Shown here in pieces: positions 1-8,167 of a DNA stretch of 24,000 nt. Under the pieces are notes generated by a model, which was given only the letters and a program-made list of their open reading frames with translations, was not told where the DNA came from and made no database searches. The position numbers were made by a program, and so were the translations under genes. The stretch spans positions 1 to 24,000 of the forward strand of contig SLMP01000104.1 in the NCBI GenBank assembly GCA_007133465.1. Reading direction: 5' to 3'. Each line of letters begins with the position of its first letter. Position 1 is the first letter of the stretch. Source of the DNA: Nitriliruptoraceae bacterium. Lineage in GTDB: Bacteria > Actinomycetota > Nitriliruptoria > Nitriliruptorales > Nitriliruptoraceae.

Positions 1-30
1 GACGCGAGGACGCACGACGAGGAGGCCGGC

Positions 31-957
31 ATGCCGTTCCCGAAGGCGGACCACATCTGGATGGACGGTGAGCTGGTCGACTGGGACGCGGCCACCGTCC
101 ACGTGCTCACGCCCACCCTGCACTACGGCTACGGGGTGTTCGAGGGCATCCGCGCGTACCCGACCGACCGGGGGCCGGCCGTGTTCCACCTCCGCCCGCA
201 CGTCGCGCGGCTGCTGCGCTCCGCCCGGCTCTACCCACCGCTCGACACCGTGCCCTACACGGTCGACGATCTCGTCGAGGTCATCCTCGACCTCATCCGC
301 GTCAACGGTCACGAAGGCGGCTGCTACATCCGGCCGACGATCATCCTCGGCTACGGGGAGATCGGGCTCAACCCGTTGCCGTCCACCCCGCAGACGATCA
401 TCGCGACCTGGGAGTGGGGCACCTACCTCGGCGAGGAGGCGCTGGTCAACGGCGTCCGGGTGATGATCAGCTCCTACCGGCGCATCGGCAAGAACACGAT
501 CCCGCCGGCGGGCAAGGCCAACGGGCAGTACCTCAACTCGTCGCTCGCGAAGGTCGAGGCGCTGCGGGCCGGCTACGACGAGGCGATCATGCTCTCCGAG
601 GACGGGTTCGTCGCCGAAGGCACCGGCGAGAACCTGTTCATCGTCACCGACGGCGTCATCAAGACCCCACCGCTGCACGACGGTCCCCTCGGCGGCATCA
701 CCCGCGCGTCCGCGATGACGATCGCCCGTGACCTCGGCTACGAGGTGGTCGAGACGAGCCTCGTCCGCAGCGACCTGTACCTGGCCGACGAGATGTTCCT
801 GACCGGTACGGCGGCCGAGCTGACACCGGTGCGGGAGATCGACGGCCGTACCATCGGACCGCGCGGTCCGGTCACCGAACGGATCCAGGCCACCTTCATC
901 GACACCGTCCGGGGCCGGGTGGACCGCTACCAGGACTGGCTCACCTACGTCGACTGA
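31..957 (+). CDS. ilvE: branched-chain amino acid aminotransferase (fold-type IV PLP enzyme)
   Basis: 308-aa ORF. The segments HYGYGVFEGIRAY, PPAGKANGQYLNSSLAK and GTGENLF are typical of IlvE-type class IV aminotransferases. Third-codon positions are strongly G/C, as in the other real genes here. Confidence 0.9.
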   Translation: MPFPKADHIWMDGELVDWDAATVHVLTPTLHYGYGVFEGIRAYPTDRGPAVFHLRPHVARLLRSARLYPPLDTVPYTVDDLVEVILDLIRVNGHEGGCYIRPTIILGYGEIGLNPLPSTPQTIIATWEWGTYLGEEALVNGVRVMISSYRRIGKNTIPPAGKANGQYLNSSLAKVEALRAGYDEAIMLSEDGFVAEGTGENLFIVTDGVIKTPPLHDGPLGGITRASAMTIARDLGYEVVETSLVRSDLYLADEMFLTGTAAELTPVREIDGRTIGPRGPVTERIQATFIDTVRGRVDRYQDWLTYVD

Positions 958-967
958 AGGATCGAAC

Positions 968-2014
968 GTGCCGTCGTTGCGCTCCCGGATCGTCCGTCGC
1001 GGTCTCGTCGTGGCCGTGACCGCCCTGCGGTCGACCGGAACCGGCGCGCCCGACCCCGACGGGTCGGAGGAGGACCTGGAGGCCTACGCGCTGCGCCTGC
1101 GGACGCAGATGGAGGAGCTCGCCACCAAGTTGCCACCGATGCGTGGCGCGCACGCACTGGCCTCGACGGACGCGCCCGTCCGCTCGCTGTGGGTCGCGAG
1201 CGAACGGGTCGTGGCCGACCTCGCCGCGCGGGAGCGCATGGAGCCCGACCTCCTCGTCGACCCCGAGCTCGGGCTCGCCGACGTGCTGACCCGGGCCGAC
1301 CGGGTCACGCTGCACCTGCACGGCGGCGGGTACTGCATGGGGTCGCCGGAGACCCACCGCGGGCTCGCGAGCGCCCTGTCGCGCACCTCCCGTGGGCCGG
1401 TGCTGATGCCCGACTACCGGCTCGCGCCGGAGCACAAGTACCCGGCGGCGCTCGATGACGCGATGGAGACCTACCGGTGGCTGGTCGAGGAGCGTGACGT
1501 GTCGCCGCAGCGCATCGCGATCACCGGCGATTCGGCGGGCGGTGGCCTCGCCGCCTCCCTGATCGTCCGGCTGCGCGACGACGAGCTGCCCGGCCCGGCC
1601 TGCTACGCCGGCATGTCGCCGTGGACCGACCTCGCGGCGACCGGCGGGTCGATGCAGGAGCTCGCGTCGGTCGACCCGTGGCTGACGGCCGCGCTGGTCA
1701 AGCCGGCCGGGCGCGGCTACGCCGGCACGGTCCCGCTCGAGCACCCCTACGTCTCGCCGCTCTACGCCGACCTGCACGGCCTGCCGCCGCTGCTCGTGCA
1801 CATCGGCTCGGACGAGATCCTGCTCGACGACGCGCGCCGGTTCGTCGAGAAGGCCCGGGAGCACGGCGTCGACGCCTCCCTCGGCCGCTTCGAGGGCCTC
1901 TGGCACGTCTTCCACGCCTTCCCGGGTCTGCCGGAGTCCCGCGACGCGCTCCGGGAGATCGGCGCGTTCATCCGCCGCCACACCGCCGAGGTACCGGTGC
2001 GCCGCTCCGCTTGA
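968..2014 (+). CDS. alpha/beta hydrolase, hormone-sensitive-lipase (family IV) type esterase/lipase
   Basis: 348-aa ORF with a GTG start 10 nt after the ilvE stop and an AAGGA SD upstream. It has the HGGG oxyanion motif (LHLHGGGYCMG), the GDSAGG nucleophile elbow (ITGDSAGGGLAA), and a later Asp (GSDEILLDD) and His (GLWHVFH) consistent with a catalytic triad. Confidence 0.8.
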   Translation: MPSLRSRIVRRGLVVAVTALRSTGTGAPDPDGSEEDLEAYALRLRTQMEELATKLPPMRGAHALASTDAPVRSLWVASERVVADLAARERMEPDLLVDPELGLADVLTRADRVTLHLHGGGYCMGSPETHRGLASALSRTSRGPVLMPDYRLAPEHKYPAALDDAMETYRWLVEERDVSPQRIAITGDSAGGGLAASLIVRLRDDELPGPACYAGMSPWTDLAATGGSMQELASVDPWLTAALVKPAGRGYAGTVPLEHPYVSPLYADLHGLPPLLVHIGSDEILLDDARRFVEKAREHGVDASLGRFEGLWHVFHAFPGLPESRDALREIGAFIRRHTAEVPVRRSA

Positions 2015-2108
2015 GGAGACGTCGCCTCGCCGCGCCATCCCCGGGGCGGCGGTGCTAGCGTCCGGAGGCTCGCCTGCCGCGGGTGCGGCGGCGCGCAGGA
2101 GTACCGCG

Positions 2109-3332
2109 ATGGTCGCGACCACCCCACCGACGATCCGCTCGATCGCCCCTGATGAGGTGGATCGGTTCCTCGCGGCGTTCTCGCTGGTGTTCGCCAGCGA
2201 GCCGACCGAGCACCAGCTGCGTCGCGCCGAGCGGCGGCTGGACCCGGACCGGTCCTTCGTGGCCGTCGCCAGGGACGAGGTCGTCGCGACGGGCGGCGCC
2301 TACCCCTTCGACCTGGCGCTGCCTGGTGTCACGCCGGTCCCGTGCGCCGGCGTGACCCTGATCTCGGTGCGGCCCGACCACCGCCGCCGTGGTCTGCTCA
2401 CCCGGTTGCTGCGGAACATCCACGACCAGGCCCGCGAGCGGGGGGAGCCGTTCGCGGCCCTGTGGGCGTCGGAGAGCCCGATCTACGGCCGGTTCGGGTA
2501 CGGACCGGCGATCCCGACCCTGGAGCTCGAAGCCCGCCGAGCGCACGTCCGCTTCGCCGTGCCGGCGCCGGTCCAGGACGTCGTGCTCGTCGACACGGCC
2601 GTGGCCCGGCGTGCGCTGCCGCCGATCCGCGAGGCCGTCCGGGCGCACCGACCCGGGCTGTTGTCACGCTCCGAGGCGTGGTGGGACACCCTCCTCGACG
2701 ACGACCCGGTCGCGGAACGCGACGGCGCCGGGCAGCGCTGTCACGCGCTCGTGCCGGGGCGCGGCTACGCGCTCTACCGGATCGCCCCGAGCTGGACCGA
2801 CGGGGTCCCCGACGGCACCGTGCGGGTCCGCGAGCTGCACGCCACGGACCCGGAGGCGGCCGCAGCCCTGTGGGCGTTCGTGACCGACCTCGACCTGACC
2901 AGCCGCATCGTCGCGGGCAGCCGCCCCGTCGACGATCCGGTCCTCGCGATGATCGAGGACACCGCACGGCTGACCGTCACGCAGGGCTGGCCGCTGTATC
3001 TGCGCCTGCTGGACCTGCCGGCAGCGCTGACCGCCCGTCGGTACGCGGCGGACGGCCAGCTCGTCCTCGAGGTGAGCGACGCCCACCTGCCCGACAACGC
3101 CGGCCGGTGGGAGCTGACCGTCGAGGGCGGCGTCGCGACCTGCCGGCGGCGTGACCGCGCCCCCTCGCTGTCCCTCGACACCCGTGAGCTCGCGACGGTG
3201 GTCCTGGGTGGGGTACGGGTGTCGCAGCTCGCTGCGGCCGGGCGCATCGGGGTGCACGATACGGACGCGGTCGCGCGGTTCGACACGATGCTCGCGACGC
3301 CGCTGGCGCCGTGGCACGAGGGCATGTTCTGA
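2109..3332 (+). CDS. Eis-like GNAT N-acetyltransferase (GNAT + SCP2-like C-terminal architecture), paralog 1
   Basis: I chose ATG 2109 because of the AGGAG at 2097-2101 (7-nt spacer); the track ORF opens at 2052. The product is 407 aa. The acetyl-CoA loop RRRGLLTRLL followed by ALWASESPIYGRFGYGP is characteristic of the Eis/enhanced-intracellular-survival family. Confidence 0.75.
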   Translation: MVATTPPTIRSIAPDEVDRFLAAFSLVFASEPTEHQLRRAERRLDPDRSFVAVARDEVVATGGAYPFDLALPGVTPVPCAGVTLISVRPDHRRRGLLTRLLRNIHDQARERGEPFAALWASESPIYGRFGYGPAIPTLELEARRAHVRFAVPAPVQDVVLVDTAVARRALPPIREAVRAHRPGLLSRSEAWWDTLLDDDPVAERDGAGQRCHALVPGRGYALYRIAPSWTDGVPDGTVRVRELHATDPEAAAALWAFVTDLDLTSRIVAGSRPVDDPVLAMIEDTARLTVTQGWPLYLRLLDLPAALTARRYAADGQLVLEVSDAHLPDNAGRWELTVEGGVATCRRRDRAPSLSLDTRELATVVLGGVRVSQLAAAGRIGVHDTDAVARFDTMLATPLAPWHEGMF

Positions 3333-3387
3333 TGGCCACGCCGGCGACCACGGCGCTGGCGAGGATCTCGCACGTGGAGGGGCGGAC

Positions 3388-4611
3388 ATGACGAGCGAGC
3401 TCCAACCGGTCCGCGTGGCCGAGGACGATCTGCTGGAGTTCTCCAAGGCGGTCGCCCGCCACTTCTACGAGAGCGAGGAAGGGGACAGCGTCGCCCTGTT
3501 CGCGGACCTCTTCCGCCAGCGCTACCGCGCCTGGTGGATCCAGGATCCGGACCGCAGCCGGGTCGTCGGCAACCTCGGGGTCATCGAGAACGACCTCAGC
3601 CTCCCTGGCGGTGCCCGCCTGCCCCAGGCGGCGATCACCGCCGTCGGGGTGGCGCAGACGATGCGGCGTCGAGGGCTGCTGCGCGCCATGATGGCCGCCT
3701 GCCTCGACGAGGCGGTCGAGCGCGAGGAGCCGGTCGCTTCGCTGTTCGCGTCCGAGACCCCGATCTACGGCCACTACGGCTTCGGGCTCGGCGCCGCCTG
3801 TCACGCCTACCGCATCGACACGCGGCGGGTGGCCTTCCACGACCCGGTCGACGTCCGGCTCGTCGAGGAAGCCGCCCCCCAGGAGGCGTTCGAGACGTGG
3901 CCGACGATCTTCGAGCGCCTCCGCGACACGCGCGGCGGGGGCGCCGGTTCCACCCCGGAGCAGTGGCGGCTCGCCACGCTCGAGGACCCGCCGTCCTGGG
4001 CGGAGGGCGCGAGTCCGCGCCGCCTCGTCCACGTCCCGGGTCGCGGGTTCGCGCGCTACCGCCTCAAGGGCGCGGAGGATGACCTGCTGCCGACCGGTGA
4101 GGTCCAGCTCGCCGACCTGGTCGCGACCGACCCGGAGGCGGAGGCCGCCCTGTGGCAGCACGTCTGCGGCATCGACCTCATGGCGACGGTGCAGGTGCAC
4201 CTGCGCCCGGTGGACGATGTGCTGCCGGAGCTCGTGACGGACCGGCTGGCACTGAACACGCGGTTCGGGCCGCCCTTCTACGTCCGGATGCTCGATGTCC
4301 CGCGCTGCCTGACGGCCCGGTCCTACCTCGGCGAGGGCGGCGCGGTGCTGGAGGTGGTCGACCCGGAGGGCCGGGCCGGAGGCCGGTTCGCGCTGGAGGT
4401 CGGCCCCGACGGGGCGGACGTGCGTCCGACCGACCGGGAGCCGGATGTCGTGCTGCCGGTCGCGCTGCTCCCGGGCCTGTGGCTCGGGGCGGTGCGTGCC
4501 ACGACGCTCGCGGGAGCCCGCCGGATCGAGGAGCGCCGCACCGGCGCCGCGAGCGCGCTCGATCGGCTGTTCGCCGTCGAGCGCGCGCCGTGGACGACGC
4601 TCGTGTTCTGA
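3388..4611 (+). CDS. Eis-like GNAT N-acetyltransferase, paralog 2
   Basis: ATG 3388 is preceded by GGAGGGG; the track ORF (3151) is an upstream extension overlapping paralog 1. The product is also 407 aa. It has RRRGLLRAMM followed by SLFASETPIYGHYGFG, the same motif order as paralog 1 but strongly diverged. Confidence 0.75.
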   Translation: MTSELQPVRVAEDDLLEFSKAVARHFYESEEGDSVALFADLFRQRYRAWWIQDPDRSRVVGNLGVIENDLSLPGGARLPQAAITAVGVAQTMRRRGLLRAMMAACLDEAVEREEPVASLFASETPIYGHYGFGLGAACHAYRIDTRRVAFHDPVDVRLVEEAAPQEAFETWPTIFERLRDTRGGGAGSTPEQWRLATLEDPPSWAEGASPRRLVHVPGRGFARYRLKGAEDDLLPTGEVQLADLVATDPEAEAALWQHVCGIDLMATVQVHLRPVDDVLPELVTDRLALNTRFGPPFYVRMLDVPRCLTARSYLGEGGAVLEVVDPEGRAGGRFALEVGPDGADVRPTDREPDVVLPVALLPGLWLGAVRATTLAGARRIEERRTGAASALDRLFAVERAPWTTLVF

Positions 4612-4695
4612 TCCCGGCCGCCGGTCGCTGCCGGACGCCGTCCGGCGCACTACCGTCTGGCGCCGAGCACCCTGCCGTGATCCTGGAGGATCCCC

Positions 4696-4902
4696 GTGGC
4701 CAACGTGTACAAGAAGATCGAACTGGTCGGTTCGAGCCGCGACGGCGTCGACGACGCGATCCGTCGGGCGATCGCGAAAGCTGGTGAGTCGCTGCACAAC
4801 CTCGACTGGTTCGAGGTCAAGGAGATCCGCGGCTGGATCCAGGACGGGGTCCCGCAGCACACCCAGGTCACCCTGCAGGTGGGTTTCCGGCTCGACGACT
4901 GA
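4696..4902 (+). CDS. dodecin-family flavin-binding protein
   Basis: 68-aa ORF with a GTG start after GGAGGA (4685-4690). The sequence VYKKIELVGSS...DDAIRRAIAKA...LHNLDWFEVKEIRG...V...QVTLQVGFRLDD matches the dodecin fold signature end to end. Confidence 0.85.
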   Translation: MANVYKKIELVGSSRDGVDDAIRRAIAKAGESLHNLDWFEVKEIRGWIQDGVPQHTQVTLQVGFRLDD

Positions 4903-4919
4903 TCGCCGGCGCAGCGGTC

Positions 4920-4936
4920 CGTGGCTCCGAGCCACG
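4920..4936 (+). terminator. stem-loop downstream of dodecin (7-bp perfect stem CGTGGCT/AGCCACG, 3-nt loop)
   Basis: Read directly from the sequence, 18 nt after the dodecin stop. It is followed by the GC palindrome CGGGCGCCCG. There is no U-tract, which is common in high-GC actinobacteria. Confidence 0.35.
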
Positions 4937-5030
4937 CGTCCGGGCGCCCGCACGGTTCGACATCGGTCCCGCGTGGTCGCTACCGTCCCCGCGTGCGACG
5001 GGATGACCGTCGTGCCCTCGCAGGAGCGAC

Positions 5031-5114
5031 ATGTCCGCCACCTCGCACCCCGTGACCGGCCTCGGCCGGTCGGTGCGCGCGCGTGCCGTCATCATCATCG
5101 GATCGCTCCCGTAG
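5031..5114 (+). CDS. candidate Ile-rich leader peptide (27 aa: MSATSHPVTGLGRSVRARAVIIIGSLP)
   Basis: ATG 5031 follows AGGAG (5022-5026) with a 4-nt spacer. ATC ATC ATC lies at 5091-5099 and TAG at 5112-5114. 24 of 26 codons after the ATG end in G/C. The ORF is too short for the ORF track and lies 92 nt upstream of the cimA start. Confidence 0.45.
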   Translation: MSATSHPVTGLGRSVRARAVIIIGSLP

Positions 5115-5196
5115 CCGGTGCGTGCCGGGCTGCGGGAGCGGCCCGGACCTCCCGGTGTCGCTCCTGGCCCGGTTCCCCCGACGGGACCAGGAGAGG
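5103..5196 (+). promoter_or_regulatory. candidate attenuator: four segments with mutually exclusive pairings ending in an SD-sequestering hairpin
   Basis: Pairings read by hand:
- 5104-5116 with 5128-5140: 13 bp, one G-U; includes the leader stop codon.
- 5133-5140 with 5159-5166: 8 bp, one G-U.
- 5161-5171 with 5182-5193: 11 bp, A5186 bulged.
The last 3' arm overlaps the GGAGAGG SD (5190-5196) of cimA. Confidence 0.4.
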
Positions 5197-5205
5197 CTGA
5201 AGACC

Positions 5206-6891
5206 GTGAGCACTTCGAACGCCGGCGCCGGCGCGACCTCCTCCCCGGCCGGACCGGAGACCGCTGCCCGTCCGGGCGATGCGCCGCTGCCGGCGCCGCG
5301 CCCTGGTCTCGACCTGTACGACACGACCTTGCGGGACGGCACCCAGCGCGAGGGGGTGACCCTGTCCGTCGAGGACAAGCTGCGGGTCGCCCGCCGCATG
5401 GACGAGCTCGGCGTCGCCTACGTCGAGGGTGGCTGGCCGGGCGCGAACCCGAAGGACACGGAGTTCTTCGCGCGCGCCGCTGACGGGGAGCTGGTCCTCG
5501 ACCATGCCACGTTGGTCGCCTTCGGCATGACCCGTGGGGCCAACCGCGCGGCCGAGGACGACCCGCTGCTGCGGGCGCTCGTGGACGCCCGCACCGACGT
5601 GATCTGCCTGGTCGGCAAGTCCTGGGGTTACCACGTCGACGAGGCGCTCGTGGTCCCGAGGGCGGAGAACCTCGCGATGGTGGCCGACTCGATCCGCTAC
5701 CTGCGGTCGCTCGGCAAGCGGGTGTTCTTCGACGCCGAGCACTTCTTCGACGGCTTCGTGCGCGACCAGGCGTACGCCCGCGAGGTCGTGCTGACCGCCG
5801 CGGAGGCCGGCGCCGAGTGCGTGGTGCTGTGCGACACCAACGGCGGGGCGATGCCGTGGGACGTCACGGAGATCGTCCACGGGTTCGTCGGCGAGCTGTC
5901 CTGCGACGTCGGGCTGCACTTCCACGACGACGGTGGCTGCGCGGTGGCGAACTCGCTGCTCGGGATCGAGGCCGGCGCGGTCCACGTCCAGGGCACGGCG
6001 AACGGGCTCGGTGAACGGTGCGGCAACGCGAACCTGTTCACCATCCTCGCCGACCTGCAGCTCAAGCGTGGCGTTCCGCTGGTCGCCCCGGCGCAGCTCG
6101 AGCGGCTCACGGAGATCAGCTACACGATCGCGGAGCTGTGCAACCAGGGCACGCCGGCCGTCGCGCCCTACGTCGGCCACACCGCCTTCAGCCACAAGGC
6201 GGGCCTGCACGCCTCCGCGCTGGCCAAGGCGCCGGACATGTACCAGCACATCGACCCCGACGACGTCGGCAACCGCCAGCGGTTGGTCGTCAGCGAGCTG
6301 GCCGGTCGCTCGAACATCGTGCTCAAGGCGCGCGAGTTCGGCGTGGAGGTGGACGACGACCAGGCCCGCGGGGTGCTCGCGGAGGTCAAGCGGCGCGAGG
6401 CGGCGGGCTGGACCTACGAGGCGGCGGACGCTTCCTTCGAGCTGCTGCTGCGCCGCGTCGCCGGCTTGCTCCGTCCGGAGGACGAGCCCTTCACCTCGCA
6501 GCACTACCGCGTCAGCGTCGCGGGCGGGGACGCGGACGCGCTGCCCGGCGAGGGCCCCGCAGAAGCGATCCTGGCCGTCGAGGTGGCAGGGATCCGCAAG
6601 CTCGGCGCCGGGGAGGGCAACGGACCGGTCGACGCGCTCGACCGCGCCTTCCGCAACGCCGTCAACGGCACGTGGCCGCAGCTCGACCGCGTGCACCTGT
6701 CGGACTACAAGGTGCGCATCCTCGAGGCGACGGCCGGCACGAACGCGACGACCCGCGTGCTCGTCAGCTCGACCGACGGGACCGACGTCTGGGACACCGT
6801 CGGGGTCCACCCGAACATCGTGGAGGCGTCGTGGCTCGCGCTCTCCGACGCCTACACCCACGCCATCATGCGGCCGGGCTGGACCGGCTGA
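5206..6891 (+). CDS. cimA: citramalate synthase (LeuA/HMGL-like family with C-terminal LeuA-dimer regulatory domain)
   Basis: GTG 5206 lies 9 nt after GGAGAGG and is the only in-frame ATG/GTG before the conserved core; the track ORF opens at 5083. LYDTTLRDGTQREGV...VAYVEGGWPGANPKD is the short-form citramalate synthase signature rather than canonical LeuA. The HxH metal site is present (GLHFHDDGG). Confidence 0.8.
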   Translation: MSTSNAGAGATSSPAGPETAARPGDAPLPAPRPGLDLYDTTLRDGTQREGVTLSVEDKLRVARRMDELGVAYVEGGWPGANPKDTEFFARAADGELVLDHATLVAFGMTRGANRAAEDDPLLRALVDARTDVICLVGKSWGYHVDEALVVPRAENLAMVADSIRYLRSLGKRVFFDAEHFFDGFVRDQAYAREVVLTAAEAGAECVVLCDTNGGAMPWDVTEIVHGFVGELSCDVGLHFHDDGGCAVANSLLGIEAGAVHVQGTANGLGERCGNANLFTILADLQLKRGVPLVAPAQLERLTEISYTIAELCNQGTPAVAPYVGHTAFSHKAGLHASALAKAPDMYQHIDPDDVGNRQRLVVSELAGRSNIVLKAREFGVEVDDDQARGVLAEVKRREAAGWTYEAADASFELLLRRVAGLLRPEDEPFTSQHYRVSVAGGDADALPGEGPAEAILAVEVAGIRKLGAGEGNGPVDALDRAFRNAVNGTWPQLDRVHLSDYKVRILEATAGTNATTRVLVSSTDGTDVWDTVGVHPNIVEASWLALSDAYTHAIMRPGWTG

Positions 6892-6903
6892 CGGCCGTCA
6901 GCC
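6886..6903. terminator. perfect 18-nt palindrome GGCTGACGGCCGTCAGCC spanning both convergent stop codons
   Basis: All 9 pair positions were verified by hand. The cimA TGA is at 6889-6891 and the stop of the minus-strand gene is at 6898-6900, one in each half. Confidence 0.4.
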
Positions 6904-7293
6904 CGCGGTGAGGCGCAGCCCGACCTCGCCGCCGGGGCGGCCACGGCGGCGCAGGCCCGAAAGACCGAGGAACGCACGCGCTTGCCAGCCGTACCGGCGC
7001 ACGAGCCGCTGACGGACCGCGTCGACCTCGGCCTCCAGCACGGCGCCCTCGGCCGGGAGGGCCTCCCCGTGGACCCGGCCCCGCGCGTCGCAGGGGGCGA
7101 CCGTGCAGCGTGGGTCACGCCGGAGGCGCTTGACCTTGCCGGAGGTCCCGTCGGTGTAGACCAGGAGGGTCCCGTCCGGCTGCGGGACGAACCACACCGG
7201 GGTGGGGACGGGCTCCCCGCTCCGGCGGAAGGTGGTCAGCGCCACGTACCGCTCGTCGGCGAGCCGCTCGGCGAGGGTCGGTCCGGTCTGCAC
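6898..7293 (-). CDS. PPOX-class (pyridoxamine 5'-phosphate oxidase-like) probable F420-dependent enzyme
   Basis: I chose GTG 7293 because of the GGGAG SD 5 nt upstream. The track start at 7365 would overlap the divergent FAH start. The product is about 131 aa. YVALTTFRRSGEPVPTPVWF...DGTLLVYTDGTSGKVKRLRRDPR resembles the small split-barrel PPOX/F420 family common in actinobacteria. Confidence 0.65.
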   Translation of the reverse strand: MQTGPTLAERLADERYVALTTFRRSGEPVPTPVWFVPQPDGTLLVYTDGTSGKVKRLRRDPRCTVAPCDARGRVHGEALPAEGAVLEAEVDAVRQRLVRRYGWQARAFLGLSGLRRRGRPGGEVGLRLTAG

Positions 7294-7357
7294 GCGCGCT
7301 CCCTGCTCTGGGGGTGCCGGGCGCCGAGAGTACGCTTCGCGGCGTCGAGGAGGCGTC

Positions 7358-8167
7358 GTGGTCACCGAGGTTCGCCGGTTCGTCCGGATCCTGCACGAGG
7401 GACAGCCCCGCTACGCGGTGCTGGCCGGCGCCGAGGTGGCGCTCATCGACCCGCACCCGTTCGCGGCCCACCGGTTGACGGGGGAGCGGGTGTCGCTCGA
7501 GGGGCTCCGACTGCTCGCGCCGGTGATCCCGTCCAAGGTCGTCTGCGTCGGCAAGAACTACCGGGCGCACGCCGACGAGATGGGCGGCGAGGTCCCCGAC
7601 GCGCCGCTGCTGTTCCTCAAGCCCTCCTCATCGGTCGTCGGTCCTGGCGATGCGATCCGGCTGCCGACCGACAGCAGTGACGAGGTCCACCACGAGGCCG
7701 AGCTCGCCGTGGTCATCGGCGCGCTGCTGCAGCGCGTCACCCCGGAGCAGGCGATGGCCGGGGTGTTCGGCTACACCGCCGCGAACGACGTCACCGCCCG
7801 CGACTGGCAGCGCCGCGAGTCGCAATGGTTCCGGGCGAAGGGCTTCGACACCTTCTGCCCGCTCGGCCCCGCCATCGCCGCGGGACTCGACCCTGGTGAC
7901 CTGCGGGTCCGCTGCTACGTCGACGGTGAGCTCCGTCAGGACGGCTCCACCGCGGATCTGCTGGTCGACGTGGCCACCTTGTTGAGCGAGATCTCGCACG
8001 TCACGACACTGCTGCCGAGCGACGTGGTCCTCACCGGCACCCCCGCCGGGGTCGGACCACTGCTGCCCGGCCAGACCGTCCGGGTCGAGGTGGAGGGCAT
8101 CGGGGCGCTCGACAACCCGGTCGTCGACCGCGATGCGCCGGTCCGCGGTGACGGCCAAGGCCGCTGA
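7358..8167 (+). CDS. fumarylacetoacetate hydrolase (FAH) family protein
   Basis: GTG 7358 follows GAGGAGG (7347-7353). KVVCVGKNYRAHADEMG...PLLFLKPSSSVVGPGD...HHEAELAVVIG...TAANDVTARDWQ...KGFDTFCPLGP is a full FAH-domain motif series. Confidence 0.85.
   Translation: MVTEVRRFVRILHEGQPRYAVLAGAEVALIDPHPFAAHRLTGERVSLEGLRLLAPVIPSKVVCVGKNYRAHADEMGGEVPDAPLLFLKPSSSVVGPGDAIRLPTDSSDEVHHEAELAVVIGALLQRVTPEQAMAGVFGYTAANDVTARDWQRRESQWFRAKGFDTFCPLGPAIAAGLDPGDLRVRCYVDGELRQDGSTADLLVDVATLLSEISHVTTLLPSDVVLTGTPAGVGPLLPGQTVRVEVEGIGALDNPVVDRDAPVRGDGQGR

Noticed and set aside
5090-5100. Alternative readings of ATCATCATC as His (CAT x3) or Ser (TCA x3) regulatory codons
   Set aside because: The His frame belongs to a long ORF opening at 4445, with poor GC3 and no nearby SD-ATG. 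The Ser frame is the spurious 5' extension of cimA. Only the Ile frame has an SD-preceded ATG, high GC3 and a stop placed inside the first stem.
941-6861. Long minus-strand ORFs 941-2122 (393 aa), 2977-4953 (658 aa) and 5095-6861 (588 aa)
   Set aside because: They lie antisense to the esterase, the Eis-like pair with dodecin, and cimA respectively. The 658-aa ORF even spans two intergenic gaps. The translations are low-complexity Arg/Pro-rich, so these are not genes.
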